Origin: a virus
Lineage: Duplodnaviria; Caudoviricetes
Strand: one strand, 5' to 3'
Virus record (IMG/VR): IMGVR_UViG_3300037067_024509
Coordinates: 18,724-82,723 of that record
DNA: 64,000 bases
Shown here: piece after piece, positions 58,734 through 64,000 of the stretch
How the letters are laid out: each line of letters starts with the position of its first letter
Position numbering within the stretch: position 1 is the first letter of the stretch
Notes under the pieces: model-generated
The model's input: only the letters and a program-made list of their open reading frames with translations
Databases searched by the model: none
What the model was told of the DNA's origin: nothing
Translations under genes and position numbers: made by a program

Positions 58734-60035
58734 GTGATTAATTGGGTTAGAACTAAAGAAGTATTTCCAAATTTTACGTTTAATATTTTTAGACCTAAAA
58801 TTGTAGTTAATTGTGATAAATGTAATAAAGAGGCAATATATACTGTAAGAGTAAAATCGAAATTAATAAATAATAATATAAATTGGATATGTCAAAAATG
58901 TATTTGTATTAAAATAAGCAATCAATTAAGTAAATTAACTAAAAAATCATGGAAAAACAAAGAATATAAAGAAAAAATAACAAATCTTAGTAAAGAACTA
59001 TGGAAAAATGAAGAATATAAAATAAAGCATAACATAGCAGTTAATACTAAATTAAATAAAAAGAAATGTTCAGATTCAGCCATAAAAGCATGGACCGACA
59101 AAGAATATAGAATTAAACATGTAAATGCAACAATTAACCAATTCAGAAAAGTACCAAGTACAACTGAATTGGTATTAATAAAAATACTTGATGACCTAAA
59201 AGTAAAATATCAGCATCAATATTTAGTTGGACCATATTCATTTGATTTTATAATATATACAAATAAAAAACCAATATTATTAGAAGCTAATGGAGATTAT
59301 TGGCATACAAGACCAAATATTGTTAAAAAAGACAAAGCTAAAGAATCATATATAAATTCAATAGACTTATATAATTTTAAAGTAATTTGGGAATCAGAAT
59401 TAGTTGATCATGAAAAAATAATAACATTATTAAAAGATTGGGTAGGCATATCTAAATTAAAATCTAAAAATATAAAATTTAATGATTTAAGTTTTTCTGA
59501 AATAGATAGATCAATATATAGCAGATTTTTTGGTTGTTATCATTATTTAGGTAGTTCAGGTAGAGATGGAATATCTTATGGTGGATATGTGAACGATGAT
59601 TTGGTGTGTTGTGCTATATTATCACATCCAATAAAGACAGAATTGTATTCAAAATTTTCATTAATTAAAAAGCAATGTTATGAATTGACTAGGATAGCTA
59701 TATCACCATTTTATTTTAATAAAAATTTAAAATCATTATTTCTGTTAAAATTAATAGAATATATTAAACAGCATCATAAAGATATTAAATTAATTAGTTT
59801 TGTTGACCAAATTGATAGTGAAGAAATATACCAAAATTGGGAATTTGATGAAGTTATAAAATCGTCATATTTTTATATTAATGATAAAGGCTGGAAAATG
59901 CATGTTGATACATTATATAAGAAAGCAAGAGGAATGCATTTAAGTGTAGATGAATATGCTAAATTATATAAGTATAAAATAGTTGATCAAAAATTGTTTA
60001 AAAGGTATATTTACCATATTGATAATTCAAAGTAA
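58734..60035 (+). CDS. Free-standing endonuclease F, paralog of C, with degenerate Mom-like domain
   Basis: PSTTE...QYLVGPYSFD...LEANGDYWH; YHYLG, ELTRI. Confidence 0.78.
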   Translation: MINWVRTKEVFPNFTFNIFRPKIVVNCDKCNKEAIYTVRVKSKLINNNINWICQKCICIKISNQLSKLTKKSWKNKEYKEKITNLSKELWKNEEYKIKHNIAVNTKLNKKKCSDSAIKAWTDKEYRIKHVNATINQFRKVPSTTELVLIKILDDLKVKYQHQYLVGPYSFDFIIYTNKKPILLEANGDYWHTRPNIVKKDKAKESYINSIDLYNFKVIWESELVDHEKIITLLKDWVGISKLKSKNIKFNDLSFSEIDRSIYSRFFGCYHYLGSSGRDGISYGGYVNDDLVCCAILSHPIKTELYSKFSLIKKQCYELTRIAISPFYFNKNLKSLFLLKLIEYIKQHHKDIKLISFVDQIDSEEIYQNWEFDEVIKSSYFYINDKGWKMHVDTLYKKARGMHLSVDEYAKLYKYKIVDQKLFKRYIYHIDNSK

Positions 60036-60044
60036 ATATAAAGC

Positions 60045-61742
60045 ATGAGTTTCGTTTTATTTGATAAGATTAGACTATATTTTAAACGTGCTAATATATA
60101 TTCTCATGAAAATATTCTTCAAAACCAATCTAATGTTGATAAAATCTATAGTAATCCAAATGGATTAATTAATCTTTCTGATCCATCTTTTTATATTGAG
60201 CAGAGTAATGTTCAGATTAATAGATTAGAAAGGATGAAAGACTTCGATCAGATGGATGAGGTTGGTGAGATGACGTTGGCACTAGATTTGTATGCTGATG
60301 AGTGTTCTTTGAGAGATCCTGAAAGGAATCATTCGGTTTTTGTTAAGACTTCTAGTATTAGATTGAAGAATGAGGTTGAGGATTTTTTATATAATGTTTT
60401 GAATATTGATGCTCAGATTAGACCTATAGCTAGGTATTTGGCTAAGTATGGTGATTATGCTTGTGAGGTTGTTCCTACTGCTAATAGGGATGGTGTTGCA
60501 TCGATTAAGACTATGTTTATGTATAATTTTACTAGGGTTGAGACTAAATATGGTGATTTAGTTGGATTTTTTTATCAGCTTCCTGGTGAGCAGCCTGTTT
60601 TTTATAATCCTTGGCAGGTTTCTCATATTAGATTGGTTAATTTTGAGCAGTTAAATTTACCCTACGGGAGATCCGTCCTAGATGGTGCTCGTCGTGATTG
60701 GCGTAGATTGAGATTGATGGAGGATGCTGCTCTTGTTTATCGTTTGACACGTTCTGCTGAAAAGAGAGTTTTCAAAGTTCCTGTTGGTAATCTTCCTCCT
60801 AAAGAACGTGAACAATATATACAAATAATTGCTAGAAGGTTTAAGAAGCAGAAATTTATTGATCCTGCAACTGGTGCGATGAATGAAAAATATGCACCAC
60901 ATATTCAAGATGATGATTATTTTATACCAGTAACCGCTGATGGCGCTGGTGTTGAGATTGACACTTTGAAGGGCGCTGAAAATCTTGATGCTATAGCTGA
61001 TATTGAATATTTCAAGAAGAAAATGGTATCTGCTCTTAAAATACCATTTAATAGGGTTGGTCTTTCCCAAGAGGGTTCTGATTCTTCTAAAACAGTTGCT
61101 CAACAATCTCCAGAATTTGCTAAAGCTATTCAATGGATTCAGGATCAATTGATTGTTGGTATTAAGAAGATTGTTCTTGTTCATTTGGCTTTAAGGGGAT
61201 ATGGTGTTGATGATATGAAGAATTTTGAGCTTAGTATGACTTCTGCTAGTGCTATAGATGAATTATATAGGATAGAAACATGGGCTAGTAGAGTTGATAT
61301 AATGGGTGGTCTTAAGGAACTTAAAATATTCCCTGATAGTTGGATAGTTGAAAAGTTTACTGACCTTACTAAAGATGAGCTTGAAGTTATTAAGAGAACT
61401 ATGGAAATAAGTAGTAATAAAGAAGAAAGTAGTGAAGATGAAGAAGATTTCTTTGAAGATATTAATATTAAAAAACTTGTAATAAATGAGAAAAAAGAAT
61501 TACTTAAAGATGCTGTTAATAGGGTTAATGACTCTAAAATAAAATTTGGACCACATGCATCATTTAATAAGTTGCTTAATGAAAATGAATTTGATGGTAT
61601 AGTTCATAATAATATTGAACTTAAATCTTCTGTAACTGACAAAGATAAAGTTATTTCTGAAATGAAAGTATTCTTGGCATCAATTGACGATGAGTTATTA
61701 TTAGAGGATACTACTATTAAGGCTTCAGATATTATTTCATAA
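60045..61742 (+). CDS. Portal protein (gp20-like)
   Basis: ALDLYADE, PYGRSVLDGARR, MEDAALVYR..R..E.RVF, DDYFIP, DIEYFKKK...ALKIP. Confidence 0.95.
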   Translation: MSFVLFDKIRLYFKRANIYSHENILQNQSNVDKIYSNPNGLINLSDPSFYIEQSNVQINRLERMKDFDQMDEVGEMTLALDLYADECSLRDPERNHSVFVKTSSIRLKNEVEDFLYNVLNIDAQIRPIARYLAKYGDYACEVVPTANRDGVASIKTMFMYNFTRVETKYGDLVGFFYQLPGEQPVFYNPWQVSHIRLVNFEQLNLPYGRSVLDGARRDWRRLRLMEDAALVYRLTRSAEKRVFKVPVGNLPPKEREQYIQIIARRFKKQKFIDPATGAMNEKYAPHIQDDDYFIPVTADGAGVEIDTLKGAENLDAIADIEYFKKKMVSALKIPFNRVGLSQEGSDSSKTVAQQSPEFAKAIQWIQDQLIVGIKKIVLVHLALRGYGVDDMKNFELSMTSASAIDELYRIETWASRVDIMGGLKELKIFPDSWIVEKFTDLTKDELEVIKRTMEISSNKEESSEDEEDFFEDINIKKLVINEKKELLKDAVNRVNDSKIKFGPHASFNKLLNENEFDGIVHNNIELKSSVTDKDKVISEMKVFLASIDDELLLEDTTIKASDIIS

Positions 61743-61784
61743 ATATCTATCAATGCAAAAATACCCTAAATTAAGGTGATCAGC

Positions 61785-63950
61785 ATGAATAAGTCACAAA
61801 GCCTGATAACTTCCAAAGTAACGATGGATGCTCGCAAGTTGCTGAGCACTATCAATCAGGGATATGCTGGTCAATTAAAAATAGTTGAATCTAAACTACA
61901 AAAGTTTGGATCAGATATTGATAGAAAACTGAAATTAGTATCATTAACCAATAACTCATTAATGTTCGAAGATATTAAATCAAATAATATATATCGTGCT
62001 GATTATAAATTTGTTGAGCATCAAGTTGTCTTTGAAAACGTTAAACAAATCCAAGTTGTTGATGAAAAGAAATCAGAAATATTTAACAAAGCTTGTAAAG
62101 AATTAGTTGAATCATTAGAAGATGAAAATACTGTAAAAGCTGATAAAATATTTAGTCAATTAGAAAAGGGATTCTGCACTCCTAAAGTAATACCTGAAAG
62201 CGGAATGGTAAAAACCCGTGATGGTATAACACACAGAATTAATGTAAGTGAATCAATTATACCTGAATCAATATTCCCAATAGTTGTTAAAACTATTAAA
62301 GAATCGTTAATATCATCTAAAATTGTTATTAAAGAAGGCATTCTTAGTTATAATGAAAAGAATGTCAAGATGCCAATTTCTAAATTAACACTGCGTCAGG
62401 TTAATGCTCGTCATATGAAGAGCGTTGCTGAAAGTGCCTATAAGAGTGATAATTTTGGCAAACTCATTAAAGCATGTGCTGCACATATATCAAATAACAA
62501 TATTAAAGAAGCCATTAAACTTTCTAAAGGGTTCTTCACTGAGGAACAGGAATTTACCCTCCTTAATAAATCAGAATTTAAAACACTTATTGAAAATTCA
62601 TTATTTTCAATTGGCGTATTCAACCACAAAGTAATTGATGACACTACTTCTGTATTATGGGAAACTACCTGCTTTGTTAATAAAGACGATATCATTAGCG
62701 AATGGAAGACTGCTGCTAATGATACTAAATCAAAGGCTCTTCAAAATAACGTTAAACTGCTTGAAGAAGTATCAAATGATCCCAAGAAATTCTCTGATAC
62801 CTATGATTCATTTATAAAATCAATTCTTTCTGAAGATATGTCATCTAAAGCTGTAAAGGCCCAAGCATATCTTAATATGCTTAAACTGGTCAAGAATGTT
62901 GTTAGTGGTTCTGATGCTGATGCTGCTGTACAGGGTGCTGTAGATGACCTTGTTATACGTCTTGAAAGTGATATCAATAATATAGATGATGCTACTCTTT
63001 ATGAAGTTGAAGACTTATTGGCCACGGTTGGTTCTGACCTTATCAGTGATGTTCAAACCCTTGGCGATTTTGATAAAGTTCCTGAGCCACAGGCCACTGA
63101 TGAATTTGGTTCTGGTGTTGCTGATTTAGAGGGTGATTTTGCTGGTGATATGGGTGATGACTTTGTTGCTCCATCAGTTGGTGGTGACATAGGTGGTGGT
63201 GATATAGGTGGTGTTGGTGCTGACATAGGTGGAGGGGCAAGTGATGAAATAGGTGGAGGCGCTGGTCCTGACGTAGGTGGTGATGTTGCCGACATTGGTG
63301 GAGAAGCCAAACCAGGATTAGAAAATGCTACTGATGCTGAAACCAATCTTCCTGCTGAAAAAGAAGAGGAAGAAATCGTCGCAGATAGTAAAAAACAAAA
63401 AGACGAAGCAATAGTCGAAAACTCAGACTATAAAACACCTGAAATAGATGAAACAATAAAAATAAATGAATCATATGGCCAAAAACCATGGGAAAAAGAC
63501 AATAAAGATGATAAAGAATGTAAAGAGGATGACAAGAAAAATGATAAAGAATGTGATAAAAAAGAAGACAAAAAAGAAGACAAAAAAGTAGAAGAATCAA
63601 TGATAGCAGTAGCAGATAGTGACGAAAAATTAATTGAGTTAATCAGTAAAGCCATGGAAACTGACACTGGATCAGACGATCAAAATAAAGATGAAGGAGA
63701 ATTAATAATTGATGGAGACAAGAAACCAGTTGAAGAATGCGATGACAAAAAGCCTGTAAAAGAAGATAGTGATATAACCGATCCAGACAGCAAGAAATTT
63801 GCTGGACATCAAGACGATAAAAAAGATCATGAAGGACAAAAGAGAAATAATCCGCCAAAATTCAGTGATGAAGACTATGATGGAACAGGAAAATTCAAAA
63901 ATGGTAAAGAGAAGCCGGAAGCTGGGCTTTCAAGCGCCACCAAGGAATAA
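61785..63950 (+). CDS. Large acidic protein after portal (putative prohead scaffold/core)
   Basis: Synteny; helical N-terminus and acidic low-complexity C-terminus with GGDIG repeats; SD AAGGTG before ATG 61785. Confidence 0.55.
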   Translation: MNKSQSLITSKVTMDARKLLSTINQGYAGQLKIVESKLQKFGSDIDRKLKLVSLTNNSLMFEDIKSNNIYRADYKFVEHQVVFENVKQIQVVDEKKSEIFNKACKELVESLEDENTVKADKIFSQLEKGFCTPKVIPESGMVKTRDGITHRINVSESIIPESIFPIVVKTIKESLISSKIVIKEGILSYNEKNVKMPISKLTLRQVNARHMKSVAESAYKSDNFGKLIKACAAHISNNNIKEAIKLSKGFFTEEQEFTLLNKSEFKTLIENSLFSIGVFNHKVIDDTTSVLWETTCFVNKDDIISEWKTAANDTKSKALQNNVKLLEEVSNDPKKFSDTYDSFIKSILSEDMSSKAVKAQAYLNMLKLVKNVVSGSDADAAVQGAVDDLVIRLESDINNIDDATLYEVEDLLATVGSDLISDVQTLGDFDKVPEPQATDEFGSGVADLEGDFAGDMGDDFVAPSVGGDIGGGDIGGVGADIGGGASDEIGGGAGPDVGGDVADIGGEAKPGLENATDAETNLPAEKEEEEIVADSKKQKDEAIVENSDYKTPEIDETIKINESYGQKPWEKDNKDDKECKEDDKKNDKECDKKEDKKEDKKVEESMIAVADSDEKLIELISKAMETDTGSDDQNKDEGELIIDGDKKPVEECDDKKPVKEDSDITDPDSKKFAGHQDDKKDHEGQKRNNPPKFSDEDYDGTGKFKNGKEKPEAGLSSATKE

Positions 63951-63953
63951 GCC

Positions 63954-64000
63954 ATGGCAATTGGTGAAATAACAAAAGGACAAATGATAAGGGATTACTT
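63954..64000 (+). CDS. Start of the next gene, truncated by the window edge
   Basis: AAGGA SD then ATG GCA ATT (MAIGEITKGQMIRDY...). Confidence 0.5.
   Translation, partial: MAIGEITKGQMIRDY

Noticed and set aside
1-64000. Stop-codon reassignment, as seen in some jumbo phages
   Set aside because: Long conserved genes are intact under the standard code, and genes end in TAA, TGA and TAG with tight packing
1-64000. tRNA, rRNA or other structured ncRNA genes
   Set aside because: Intergenic spaces are mostly under 80 bp and no cloverleaf was recognised; a tRNAscan/Infernal run would be needed to exclude them formally

Overview
This AT-rich, gene-dense 64 kb window comes from a large tailed dsDNA phage, probably a jumbo myovirus with T4-like gene content. 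It reads in the standard genetic code, and no tRNA, rRNA or CRISPR array was seen. The left part (~1-26 kb) is a replication/recombination module: a PHP-less DnaE-type polymerase carrying a LAGLIDADG intein, RecA, a gp41/DnaB-like helicase, a thumb-less family A polymerase, a UvsY-like mediator, a gp32-like SSB, a 5'-3' exonuclease, a resolvase-like nuclease, a primase, and two glycosyltransferases (one with an intein). The right part (~26-64 kb) is morphogenesis and transcription: baseplate spike/wedge, neck, tail sheath and tube, a tail chaperone pair, two sigma-like proteins, a UvsW-like helicase, large terminase, portal and a large acidic scaffold-like protein. The most notable observations are: (1) six free-standing nuclease + GNAT/Mom-like fusion genes beside core virion genes, four with zinc-finger arrays whose putative recognition helix is hypervariable; (2) a candidate +1 frameshift (UUU_UUU_CGU) joining the gp26-like and gp51-like ORFs; (3) an intein inside a glycosyltransferase; (4) a late-expressed sigma factor with features of a virion-packaged polyprotein; (5) two recurring promoter-like motifs implying many leaderless mRNAs; (6) a kb-scale patchwork of G+T versus A+C synonymous skew that flips inside co-oriented genes. 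All family assignments come from motif recognition by eye, not from database searches.
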